The position numbers and the translations under genes are program-made. DNA of 62,035 nt, filler included. It is 4 parts of 4 records of this genome, joined end to end, with 100 filler letters (N's around TTAATTAATTAA, not from the genome) between each part and the next. Parts side by side here need not be neighbours in the genome. Positions count along the whole stretch, not along the records: positions 25,467 to 37,724 come from SRR2962707_4818; positions 37,825 to 45,513 come from SRR2962707_4819; 2 more parts are not named here. One strand, 5' to 3'. The notes under the pieces are model-generated. The model ran no database searches. It saw only the letters and a list, made by a program, of their open reading frames with translations, and was not told where the DNA came from. This document shows, piece after piece, positions 31,554 to 42,468 of this stretch; position 1 is the first letter of the stretch, and each line of letters starts with the position of its first letter.

Positions 31554-33470
31554 ATGACATTGGCCAGCCTGTTCGCGTTCTTCAAGGTACGAAACGATCC
31601 GGTGCGAAAGCAGGCCATGGCGGATGCCTACAGCCCTATTCTCAGAGCCATTCTGCTGCCCCTCAGTGCCTATTACGTGTTCATAACATGGGCCCACGCA
31701 CAGGACGAAACAGGCATAAATCTTATTCTGCTGGGCTCCGTCAGTGCAATCACAGCCGTCAGCTACTTTGTCATCAGGCAACAATTGCTCGCAAGAGACA
31801 AGGTGACGATAGACAGGCTGGAATTGTCAGGCCTGCTCATCAACGCACTTTTGTATCTCAATGTGCTTGGTTACTTCATGCTCCATTTCGAGCCATCCAA
31901 GCTCGTTTATTTTGCTTTGATGGCTATCCTCTTTTCAACCACCGGCGTCACCTTCCGCTCAATTCTGCTCAGCATCATTCCTTCTATGGCCACCCTCTAC
32001 TGGTTCGCCTCGCGCCTACCCGATGATCTCTTCCACCAGTACGTTTCGATTGGCGTGGCCACCGCCTTTGGCGCCTTCGGCATGGCGACGCTTTTGCGAA
32101 AAGCGATAAGTCGGCAGGTGGATGCGCGTCTGCTCGCCGATCAGCTGGCCGCCAAAGCCCACCGCCTCGCCGACACCGATATGCTTACGGGGATCCCGAA
32201 CCGTCGCGCCATCTTCCAGAAACTCGACCATTTGATTTTCCAGAAGCGGCCTTTCTGGATGGGCATTTTCGACCTTGATGGCTTCAAGGCCATCAATGAC
32301 GTCTACGGCCATATCATCGGGGACAAGCTCTTGTGCGCCGTCGTCGAACGGGCGACCGCTTTTAACATACCCAACGCTTCCTTCGGCCGTATCGGCGGAG
32401 ATGAGTTCATCGCCATTGTGACGGCAGACATGACAGAGACGGAAATCGCAAAATTCGGCACCGCGGTCATTGAGGCTATCAGCGCGCCCTACCCCATCGA
32501 ACTCATGGAACTGAGCGTCGGCGTTTCTGCCGGATTCTCCGAATTTCCCTGCATGGGCACCACTTCAGCCCAACTTTACGAGAAGGCCGATTTCGCCCTC
32601 TACAAGGCCAAGGCGCACCGTCGTGGCAGATGCGTTATCTTCGACACCGCCGAAGACGAGGAAATGAAGCAGGCGATCGCCATCGAGCGCGAGTTGCGCG
32701 AAGGCGACCTCGAGGAAGAACTCTATCTGCTGTTTCAGCCGCAATTCTCACCCAGACATCAAAGGGTTGTTGGCTTTGAGGCGCTTGCTCGCTGGCAAAA
32801 CCCGAAACTTGGGCTTGTGCGCCCGGACCTGTTCATCCGGGCAGCGGAGAGATCAGGTCATATTCGCAGGGTCACCGACATCCTGTTCAAGAAAGGGCTC
32901 GCCGAGCTCGCCTTCTGGCCCAGCGACATCAGCCTGTCCTTCAATCTGTCGGCCCAGGACATATCCGACCGCGCTTTCGTTCTGTCGCTTTTGGGCCAGA
33001 TCATGCGGTCCGGCATCTCCCCACACCGGATCGAATTCGAGATCACCGAGACCGCTGTGATGTCAGACCTCGAGGCATCTAGAACCCTGCTGGAAGAGCT
33101 TCGGGCCAGCGGCTGCAAGATCGCTCTGGATGATTTCGGCTCGGGATATTCTAGCTTCGAGTATATTGACCAGCTTCCGCTCGACAAGATCAAGATCGAC
33201 CGCAGCTTCGTCCGCAAGGTCTCACACAGCGTCACATCGCGTGAAATCGTCGCCGGCGTCATCAACCTGTGCCGCAAGCTAGACCTGCGATGTGTGCTCG
33301 AAGGCGTCGAGACCCAGGACGAGATGGCAATATTGACGGATCTCCAGCCAGACCTGATCCAGGGCTATCTGTACGGCAAGCCAATGAGTGCGAGTGATGC
33401 CATCCAGATGATTTCCGATCAGGGCACACCCGCAAGCGCCGAGCTGACGAAACAGACACGCTCAGCTTGA
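31554..33470 (+). CDS. Membrane-bound GGDEF-EAL diguanylate cyclase/phosphodiesterase, paralog 2
   Basis: Same architecture and length (638 aa) as paralog 1; all motifs intact. Confidence 0.93.
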   Translation: MTLASLFAFFKVRNDPVRKQAMADAYSPILRAILLPLSAYYVFITWAHAQDETGINLILLGSVSAITAVSYFVIRQQLLARDKVTIDRLELSGLLINALLYLNVLGYFMLHFEPSKLVYFALMAILFSTTGVTFRSILLSIIPSMATLYWFASRLPDDLFHQYVSIGVATAFGAFGMATLLRKAISRQVDARLLADQLAAKAHRLADTDMLTGIPNRRAIFQKLDHLIFQKRPFWMGIFDLDGFKAINDVYGHIIGDKLLCAVVERATAFNIPNASFGRIGGDEFIAIVTADMTETEIAKFGTAVIEAISAPYPIELMELSVGVSAGFSEFPCMGTTSAQLYEKADFALYKAKAHRRGRCVIFDTAEDEEMKQAIAIERELREGDLEEELYLLFQPQFSPRHQRVVGFEALARWQNPKLGLVRPDLFIRAAERSGHIRRVTDILFKKGLAELAFWPSDISLSFNLSAQDISDRAFVLSLLGQIMRSGISPHRIEFEITETAVMSDLEASRTLLEELRASGCKIALDDFGSGYSSFEYIDQLPLDKIKIDRSFVRKVSHSVTSREIVAGVINLCRKLDLRCVLEGVETQDEMAILTDLQPDLIQGYLYGKPMSASDAIQMISDQGTPASAELTKQTRSA

Positions 33471-33596
33471 GAAGACCCCAACCAAGACTTGCCTTTTCCG
33501 GGCAGACGCTTGCTCTGCCACAAAAGACCACAAGACATGACCTGCCGGCCACTTGCACCGACAGGCTTAGATCTCGCCAGGACAGTCCTGGGCGTT

Positions 33597-33621
33597 GACT
33601 GTTTTACCGAAACAAACAGTC
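33597..33621. terminator. Hairpin between convergent c-di-GMP genes
   Basis: GACTGTTT-taccgaaac-AAACAGTC. Confidence 0.4.
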
Positions 33622-34446
33622 TCAGGCAGCTTTGTGCTTGGACGTCCCCTTGCAAGCGCCTGCACCAGTCTCGTAGCAAAGCACGATCCGATCGCGGCCG
33701 CCGGCCTTGGCTGTATAGAGCGCCTTGTCGGCCCTTGAAAACACGTCACCAAACTGCTCCTCCGGCAAAGCCCGGGCCAACCCTCCCGAAACAGTGACGG
33801 AAAACCCGCCGTCCTTGGTCTCGATCCGCATGCCGGCTATTCTCCGGCGGGCGACCTCGCCAAGCGCCGCAAACTCCGCGAAAGACATGCCCCGGCAGAA
33901 CACGGCAAACTCCTCGCCGCCGATCCGGGCGCACAGGCAGCGATCGGAAAAAACCTCTGCAAGCATTTGGCCGACCTTGACGATCACCTCGTCGCCAGCC
34001 GTGTGTCCGTAAGTGTCATTGACCGATTTGAACCGGTCGAGGTCTATCACCAGCATTGCCTTGTCCTGCTCGCAGTGATCGAACTGCTCGAGAAAGGCAC
34101 GCCGGTTGGCAAGCCCTGAAAGCATGTCGGTCCGGCTGAGCTTCTCGAACTCCGCCCGCGACACACCCAGATCATGGATGGCAAAACCAACCGCAATATA
34201 GGCTGTCACCGATACAGCAAACGTGATCGGCGGCGTCAGCACTGTGGCGATGATCAGTGCCAGGCCAAGCCGGTAGGGCAACAGGTCGAACCCGTAGAGC
34301 AGGAAATGCGCGCAAAGATTGAGGCCATAGGCCAGAAGTGACACCTTGAACGCCACCCAGATCGACTTGCGGCAAACGTCGCGGTAGCTGGCAAATTCCC
34401 CGAACATCAGCTGATCGACAATCCATCTGCGGATAACGCTGACCAT
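33622..34446 (-). CDS. Membrane-anchored diguanylate cyclase (GGEEF)
   Basis: Two TM helices, DLDRFKSVNDTYGH, RIGGEEF, ADKALYTAK. Confidence 0.92.
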   Translation of the reverse strand: MVSVIRRWIVDQLMFGEFASYRDVCRKSIWVAFKVSLLAYGLNLCAHFLLYGFDLLPYRLGLALIIATVLTPPITFAVSVTAYIAVGFAIHDLGVSRAEFEKLSRTDMLSGLANRRAFLEQFDHCEQDKAMLVIDLDRFKSVNDTYGHTAGDEVIVKVGQMLAEVFSDRCLCARIGGEEFAVFCRGMSFAEFAALGEVARRRIAGMRIETKDGGFSVTVSGGLARALPEEQFGDVFSRADKALYTAKAGGRDRIVLCYETGAGACKGTSKHKAA

Positions 34447-34666
34447 GACACCACTCCTGTTTATCAGACATTTTTAGGGGTGCCCCGTTAAGATTTTATT
34501 TCCAATAAGACCTTTGACAGAATCCGGCGGCTTCACCCGAAGCGCCGAGACAGCCGGCGGCATGCCCGGATCCTCGGCTCAACGGCTTGCTCGGTCTTGT
34601 CGGAGGCCCGGTTCCATGTCACCTGTTTCACGTCATCCATCTGCCTTGCCAACCGAGACCCGCACC

Positions 34667-35779
34667 ATGAAACCGGAATGTAAAACCACCCCCTCGGGAA
34701 AACTGCGTGGCAAGGGGCTGGGGCTGCCGTTTGAAGGCGTCAGCGGAGCGTTCAACGCCATCACCGATGTGCCGGGCGTGACGGTCGGCTATACGACGAT
34801 TATTAAGGGGGACGGCGCGCTCAGACAGGGCGTTGGCCCGGTGCGCACCGGAGTGACCGCGATTGTGCCGCGTCCGCTGGACAACATCGATCAGCCGCTG
34901 TTCGCCGGTTTTTTCAGTCTCAATGGCAATGGCGAGCTGAGCGGCACCCACTATATCGAGGAGACCGGCAAGATGGCGCTGCCGATCACCATCACCAACA
35001 CCCATTCCTGTGGCATCGCCCGCGACGCGACAATCCGCTGGGCCGTCGAATTCCTGGCCGAGCGCTACCATGATGATTTCGCGCTGCCGGTGGCGGCCGA
35101 AACCTATGACGGCTTCCTCAATGACATTAACGGCTTTCACGTCGAGGCCCGGCACGTGGTCGAGGCGATTGACGCGGCACAAGGTGGCGCCATCGAGGAA
35201 GGCAGTGTCGGTGGCGGTACCGGGATGAAATGCTTCGGCTTCAAGGCCGGTTCCGGTACATCCTCAAGGCTGTTCAGCTATGGCGGCGAGGCGTTTACCG
35301 TGGGCGTCTTCGTGCAGGCCAACTTCGGCACCCGCCGCCACCTCACTGTGCTGGGCAAAAACATCGGCACTGACCCCGAGCTGCCTCCCATGATCACCAA
35401 CACGAAGGACACCGATCTCTCTTCGATCATCGCCGTCATCGCCACTGATGCGCCGTTCCTGCCGCATCAGCTCAAGCGCCTGGCGCGGCGCGCCAGCTTC
35501 GGCATCGGCAAGACCGGCGGCATGGCCACCCACGGTTCGGGCGATCTGTTTCTGGCGTTTTCGACGGCGAGCTCGGATCTTGGCGGCGGCGCCATCCGCA
35601 CCGTCCGTTTCGTCCCCGACGAAGACATCGATCCGTTCTTCGAGGCCGTGGTGCAGGCGACCGAAGAAGCGATCCTCAATTCGATGATCGCCAATGAGAC
35701 AATGATTGGCCGCGACGGCAATGTCGTGCCGGCGCTGCCGCATGAGGCGGTAAAAACAGCGCTGGGGCTAAATGATTGA
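34667..35779 (+). CDS. DmpA/BapA-like aminopeptidase (peptidase S58/P1 family)
   Basis: NAITDVPGV, RTGVTA, NGNGE, VGGGTGM, SIIAVIATDAP, GSGD. Confidence 0.9.
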   Translation: MKPECKTTPSGKLRGKGLGLPFEGVSGAFNAITDVPGVTVGYTTIIKGDGALRQGVGPVRTGVTAIVPRPLDNIDQPLFAGFFSLNGNGELSGTHYIEETGKMALPITITNTHSCGIARDATIRWAVEFLAERYHDDFALPVAAETYDGFLNDINGFHVEARHVVEAIDAAQGGAIEEGSVGGGTGMKCFGFKAGSGTSSRLFSYGGEAFTVGVFVQANFGTRRHLTVLGKNIGTDPELPPMITNTKDTDLSSIIAVIATDAPFLPHQLKRLARRASFGIGKTGGMATHGSGDLFLAFSTASSDLGGGAIRTVRFVPDEDIDPFFEAVVQATEEAILNSMIANETMIGRDGNVVPALPHEAVKTALGLND

Positions 35780-35805
35780 AGATCCGGACAGCGTGATGGC
35801 TGGCG

Positions 35806-36783
35806 TCACACCATCTGGCCCAAGAACTCCTGCACCACCTGCCCCGGTTCGAACAGCCCCAGCCGCTTGATTTCCCATTCGAGACGTATGCCTGAGTTTT
35901 CCAGCACCCGGGCCCGCACGGTTTCGCCGAGGTTTTCGAGCTCATAGCCCGACGCCGTACCGGTGTTGATCATGAAATTGCAGTGCATCGGCGACATCTG
36001 CGCCCCGCCGACGGTCAGCCCGCGGCACCCGGCCTCGTCGATCACCTTCCAGGCCGAATGGCCTTCGGGGTTCTTGAAGGTCGAGCCGCCGGTTTTCTCC
36101 CGGATCGGCTGCACCGTCTCGCGGTGATGCTGGACCGCATCCATCGCTTCGCGGATCTCGCCCTTGTCGGCGGCTGCGCCTTCGAAGATGGCGCGGGTGA
36201 AGATCAGGTCTTTCGGCGCGGATGAATGCCTGTAGGCATAGCCCATCTCCGCATTGCTCAGCACATGGCGCTCGCCCTTGCGGTCGATCGCATGCACCTC
36301 GACCACGCGTTCGCGGGTTTCCACGCCGTTGGCCCCGGCATTCATCCGAAGCGCGCCGCCGATGGCACCGGGAATACCGTGGTAGAAATGAAATCCGCCA
36401 AGACCGGTTTCCAGAGCCAAGGCAGCCAGATGCTTGTCGGGACAGACCGCGCCTGCTGCAAGGCGGGTATCCGACACCTGTTCGGCGCGGCCAAAGCCCT
36501 TGGCCGACAGCCGGATCACCACCCCCGGAATGCCGCCGTCGCGAACCAGAAGGTTGGAGCCGATGCCGACCGGCAGCACCGGTACGTCGTCCGGAAGGAC
36601 AGCCAGAAAGGCTGACAGATCATCCTCGTCAACAGGCTGAAACAGCACTTCCGCCGGGCCGCCGGTTCGGAACCAGGTGATCTTCGACATGTCGGCATTT
36701 GGCGTCAGCCGGCCGCGGATATCGCCCAGCTTGCCGTCCAGCGATGCCAGCAGCTTTTCACCATCGACCTGCAGCGGCTTCAT
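35806..36783 (-). CDS. murB: UDP-N-acetylmuramate dehydrogenase
   Basis: [35 protein letters not shown]. Confidence 0.96.
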   Translation of the reverse strand: MKPLQVDGEKLLASLDGKLGDIRGRLTPNADMSKITWFRTGGPAEVLFQPVDEDDLSAFLAVLPDDVPVLPVGIGSNLLVRDGGIPGVVIRLSAKGFGRAEQVSDTRLAAGAVCPDKHLAALALETGLGGFHFYHGIPGAIGGALRMNAGANGVETRERVVEVHAIDRKGERHVLSNAEMGYAYRHSSAPKDLIFTRAIFEGAAADKGEIREAMDAVQHHRETVQPIREKTGGSTFKNPEGHSAWKVIDEAGCRGLTVGGAQMSPMHCNFMINTGTASGYELENLGETVRARVLENSGIRLEWEIKRLGLFEPGQVVQEFLGQMV

Positions 36784-37724
36784 GCGCTTCCCCCTGGGGC
36801 AGGCTTCAGCGCATTGAGTTCCTTGGGCAACTGGTTGGCCCATTGGGTAATCGTGCCGGCACCAAGACAGACGACATAATCACCCGGCTTGGCAATCTCG
36901 GCGATCAGCGGCGCGAGTGCACTCGGTCCGTCGATCAGTCGCGCGTCGCGGTGCCCGCCGGCCTTCATGCTTGAGACCAGAGAGGCTGAATCGATGCCCT
37001 CGATCGGGTCTTCGCCAGCGGCATAGACCGGCGCCATGATCACCGTGTTGGCGTCGTTGAAGCAGGCGGAAAAATCATCAAACAGGCTTTCAAGACGGGT
37101 GTAACGATGTGGCTGGGCGACAGCGATCACCCGGCCCTGACAAGCATCGCGGGCTGCCGAAAGCACTGCCTTGATCTCGACAGGGTGATGGCCGTAATCA
37201 TCAAAGATCTCGACACCGTTCCAGCTTCCGGTGTTGGTGAAGCGGCGCTTGACCCCGGCAAACTGACCCAAGCCCTTGGCGATCTGCTCCGGCGTCAGCC
37301 CCAGCTCGAACGCGACAGCAATAGCGGCCACTGCGTTTGCCACATTGTGCTTGCCGGGCATCGGCAGCCGCAGATCCTTGAGCTCGACTGTCTCACCGGT
37401 CTTGCGGCTGTTGATCACCACATCAAACACCGAAACCGGTCCGTCCATCCGGTGATTGGAAAAGCGCACATCCGATTGCGGATTCTCACCATAGGTGATG
37501 ACCCGGCGGTCCTCGATGCGGCTGACCAGCGCCTGCACTTCCGGATGATCGAGACACATCACGCCAAACCCGTAAAACGGCACATTCTCGACGAACTGCC
37601 GAAACGCTGCGCGGACCGCATCAAAGGTGCCGTAGTGGTCGAGGTGTTCGGGATCGATATTGGTGATGACGGCGATGTCTGCGGGCAGCTTGAGGAAGGT
37701 GCCGTCGCTCTCGTCGGCTTCCAC
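36780..37724 (-). CDS. murC: UDP-N-acetylmuramate--L-alanine ligase, 5' truncated
   Basis: [36 protein letters not shown]. Confidence 0.96.
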   Translation of the reverse strand: MEADESDGTFLKLPADIAVITNIDPEHLDHYGTFDAVRAAFRQFVENVPFYGFGVMCLDHPEVQALVSRIEDRRVITYGENPQSDVRFSNHRMDGPVSVFDVVINSRKTGETVELKDLRLPMPGKHNVANAVAAIAVAFELGLTPEQIAKGLGQFAGVKRRFTNTGSWNGVEIFDDYGHHPVEIKAVLSAARDACQGRVIAVAQPHRYTRLESLFDDFSACFNDANTVIMAPVYAAGEDPIEGIDSASLVSSMKAGGHRDARLIDGPSALAPLIAEIAKPGDYVVCLGAGTITQWANQLPKELNALKPAPGGSA

Positions 37725-37824
37725 NNNNNNNNNNNNNNNNNNNNNNNNNNNNNNNNNNNNNNNNNNNNTTAATTAATTAANNNNNNNNNNNNNNNNNNNN
37801 NNNNNNNNNNNNNNNNNNNNNNNN
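37725..37824. other. Artificial contig linker
   Basis: N44-TTAATTAATTAA-N44. Confidence 0.98.
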
Positions 37825-37853
37825 TGGATGCCCGGGTCAAGCCCGGGCATGAC
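37825..37853. repeat. REP-like palindromic repeat arm at the contig start
   Basis: TGG-ATGCCCGGG-TCAAG-CCCGGGCAT-GAC; resembles the common alphaproteobacterial GGATG...TCAAG...CATGAC repeat. Confidence 0.7.
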
Positions 37854-37921
37854 GGATTGGTGGTGAGAGCGTCCTCACTCCAAATAAACTTATCCCCCTC
37901 TCTTCCTCCGTACCCATATTA

Positions 37922-38257
37922 ATGCGATCTCGCTCCACCGAAGGGCGCGTCCGGACTGGCCGAATGCGTGGAGAGGGTGTCGATGCCTGCGACGTGGGAA
38001 TTCCAGACCCGCGTCCCGGGGGATCCCGTCGGTTGGTGGATACTACGGTCCACGGGCGTCCCGGCCGATAAAAGCCGGGAGTGCGCCAGAGTTGGAATGG
38101 GGGATCCGAAAAATCGCCGCGCGGAGCGTCGGAGGAGGACGCACCCCGCCATTACAAAAAACAACGGCGGCGTCGCCGCCGCTCCGCGCATCCTTTCCTT
38201 GAAGGCCGCGACAAGCAAACCTCCGAAGGTTCACGCCTTGCGGAGTCGCTGGTGCAT
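37922..38257 (+). ncRNA. Putative large structured non-coding element of unknown class
   Basis: At least 8 nested or adjacent stems found by eye; no credible ORF; strand inferred from an upstream CATATT -10-like element (see findings). Confidence 0.5.
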
Positions 38258-38265
38258 GTTTTCGC

Positions 38266-39207
38266 TCACGCCGCTTCCGCCCTCGTCCGCTCAGCCAGCA
38301 CGCGCGCGGCGACACCCCAGGCGTCCAGCTGCGCGATGCGCGCCTCGCGCGAGACTTCCTTGCGGCCTTCTTCGGCGAGCTTCGACGAAAAGTGCCAGGT
38401 GTTGCCGCCGGGGTTCGCTTCCAGCACATAGAGCTTGCCGCTGTGCCGGTCGCGGATGATGTCGAGCCCCTGAAGCGGGACGCGCGGCATCGCGGCCGCG
38501 GCACGGCGCGCAAAGGCGAGCACGTCCTCTCCGGTGGTGAGTTCGCAGGTGAAATCCGGTTCGATATTGGAAGCGACGGAACAGGCTTCGCCGCCGGTCG
38601 CGTCGAGCGGCGGGCGTGAAGCTTTCGAGCGATAGGTCACCGAATGAAGCGGTTCGCCGAACAGCGTCAGCACACGGTAACTTTCGGGATAATCCCCGGT
38701 GTCGACAAAGCGTTGTACGAGAAGTGCCGCGCGGCCGCGATGACCGGGCGGGAAGAGCACCGGCGCCAGTTCCCTCACGCGCCGCACCGGCACGAGAAAC
38801 ACCGCATCGCCCAGAGAGGTCGCCAGAGGCACCGCTGTCTTGAGGATGACATGATCGCCCCAGAAGGAGGGATCGAGGCCGGTGCCGAGTTGGTAACGCT
38901 TCGCCGCAGGAACCGGAATGCCGGCTTCCACGAATTTCTTCATCTGCACGAGTTTCGGGATTGGGAGCCCGTGATAAAGCGGCCCGCGCTTCGGCCGAAA
39001 ATAGCGCGGCGGGAGCATCGAGACGGAGAATGCCGGGCGGCGCCAGAAGGTTTCCGGTAGTCCGTCCTGCCCATTCGTCATCTGGACGATCTGCACGTGG
39101 ATGTCTGGTGCCGCCTCGGCGATCCGCACCGCAATTTCCTCGAAGTCGCGCCTGTCCTGCGCGCCGGGCTGGTTGAGGAGGATCAGGTTTTTCGTCGGGC
39201 TGTGCAT
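38266..39207 (-). CDS. Orphan ATP-grasp-like protein
   Basis: LVQRFVDTG...SYRVLTLFG and GLDIIRD...LYVLEANPGG resemble the RimK-type ATP-grasp C-terminus; start uncertain (39207 vs 39315). Confidence 0.65.
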   Translation of the reverse strand: MHSPTKNLILLNQPGAQDRRDFEEIAVRIAEAAPDIHVQIVQMTNGQDGLPETFWRRPAFSVSMLPPRYFRPKRGPLYHGLPIPKLVQMKKFVEAGIPVPAAKRYQLGTGLDPSFWGDHVILKTAVPLATSLGDAVFLVPVRRVRELAPVLFPPGHRGRAALLVQRFVDTGDYPESYRVLTLFGEPLHSVTYRSKASRPPLDATGGEACSVASNIEPDFTCELTTGEDVLAFARRAAAAMPRVPLQGLDIIRDRHSGKLYVLEANPGGNTWHFSSKLAEEGRKEVSREARIAQLDAWGVAARVLAERTRAEAA

Positions 39208-39507
39208 CTCTCGGCATCGAAGGCAGCGGCGGGGTTTCCCGCAGATGGGGCCCTCATTATCCCGCCGTTGCAACGCGAGTTTCGTCCGTAGCGGCATGAA
39301 CATTCCGGCCATCATCCGCCGCCAAGAGACAGTCGCAAATCAATCGGTAAGCGGATTATATCCCGTCCTCGCTTCGTGTGATTCAACGTGATTAATACGG
39401 AGTCCTACTTCGTAATATTCTTGCGTGGCGATAAGAAATTCGAATTGACCGTCCCCTTTCGGGACCCCATAAAATAGGTGTTTCATATCCTAGGGGGGAA
39501 AACACAA

Positions 39508-40134
39508 ATGAAGCAGCTTTCCAAACTCGTGGCCGCAACGGCCCTCGTTTCGGTCATGGCGGCTCCTGCTTTTGCGCAGGAAGTCACGGCCGGTGACACC
39601 TACTTCAAGCTGTTCGGCGGTGCGGTCATCATGGACGACGTCAACGGTACGTCGGGCGGCGTTCCGGTCGAGATCGAATTCGACACCGGCTGGACGATCG
39701 GCGGCGCGGTTGGTTACAACCTCAGCCCGCAACTCGCGCTCGAAGGCGAACTCAGCTACCTCACTGCGGATCTCGATTCCGGGACGGCGGGTGGCGTGAC
39801 CGTTTCGATCGACGGTGACTACTCGACGTTCCTCGCGCTCGCGAACATCGTGTTCCATCCTTTCGCGGATGCCGGCTTCGATCCCTATATCGGCGCTGGC
39901 GCCGGTGTGGCCATCGCTGAACTCGACATCAATTCGATTGGCGGCGTGGCCGTCAATTCGAGCGAGAGCAGTGAAGACCTCGCCCTTCAGGGCACGGCCG
40001 GTCTGGACTTCGACATCGGAACGGGTTCGTCGATTGGCGCGCAGTACCGTTATCTCTGGACGGATACCGGCAGTGGCAACACCGACGAAATCTCCGGCCA
40101 TCTCTTCACGGTGCAGTTCACCACCGCGTTCTGA
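39508..40134 (+). CDS. Outer-membrane beta-barrel protein (OmpA-like transmembrane/opacity type)
   Basis: Signal peptide APAFA/Q, alternating beta strands, PYIGAGAG, terminal Phe. Confidence 0.88.
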   Translation: MKQLSKLVAATALVSVMAAPAFAQEVTAGDTYFKLFGGAVIMDDVNGTSGGVPVEIEFDTGWTIGGAVGYNLSPQLALEGELSYLTADLDSGTAGGVTVSIDGDYSTFLALANIVFHPFADAGFDPYIGAGAGVAIAELDINSIGGVAVNSSESSEDLALQGTAGLDFDIGTGSSIGAQYRYLWTDTGSGNTDEISGHLFTVQFTTAF

Positions 40135-40152
40135 TACCCGGAAATTCACGCG

Positions 40153-40182
40153 AAAGGGGACGGTTTTTCCGTCCCCTTTTTT
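40153..40182. terminator. Bidirectional terminator
   Basis: AAAGGGGACGG-ttttt-CCGTCCCCTTT then TTT, between convergent genes. Confidence 0.85.
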
Positions 40183-40212
40183 GTCCGAATTCCGCTGGCT
40201 TGAAGACGGATG

Positions 40213-42129
<1,917 letters not shown>

Positions 42130-42468
42130 TCGATGTTCCAGTTGAAGCCGCCCGGGCGCTGCCACGCCCGGCTTTTGCAATTTTTAACCTGAGGGCCTTA
42201 ACCACAAGTTTCCGGTTACAGATTTGTCAAATCCGGGGGAAACCGGCTGCCGCTTTGGGCCTCTAGCCGCAGAACCGCTACACGGACAAGTTTCAGCCTC
42301 CGATGTTTCCCGTTCGCAGGGAAAGATTTTCCATCCACCTCATTATGGAGCGGAACTTTTCCCGTTCAGGTCGGGTTCATTAAGGAACATTAAGATTGTT
42401 CATTGACGAGCTGGTGCATGGCGCCGCCGCCATCCGCCGATTGGGATGAATAGCCAAGGAATGGCGAC

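Noticed and set aside
28748-35805. dcw insert read as a mobile element or prophage
   Set aside because: No integrase, transposase, phage gene, tRNA target or flanking direct repeat seen
37922-38257. Structured element read as tmRNA, RNase P, SRP, 6S, a riboswitch or a group II intron
   Set aside because: No tRNA-like CCA/T-loop end, no GAGGAAAGTCC, no SRP GGAA-loop motif, no domain V, and no downstream co-oriented gene; judged by eye only
37919-38513. ORFs 37919-38218, 37968-38459, 38043-38513 and 38081-38431
   Set aside because: Arg/Pro/Ala-rich with no motifs, and mostly overlapping the real minus-strand gene; typical GC-rich spurious frames
39396-39414. TACGGAGT-cct-ACTTCGTA dyad upstream of the outer-membrane barrel gene
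   Set aside because: Single imperfect copy with no regulator to link; too weak to call
42184-42393. TTAA pairs upstream of the hybrid kinase read as CtrA boxes
   Set aside because: Spacing is 10 and 6 nt rather than 7; at most half-sites
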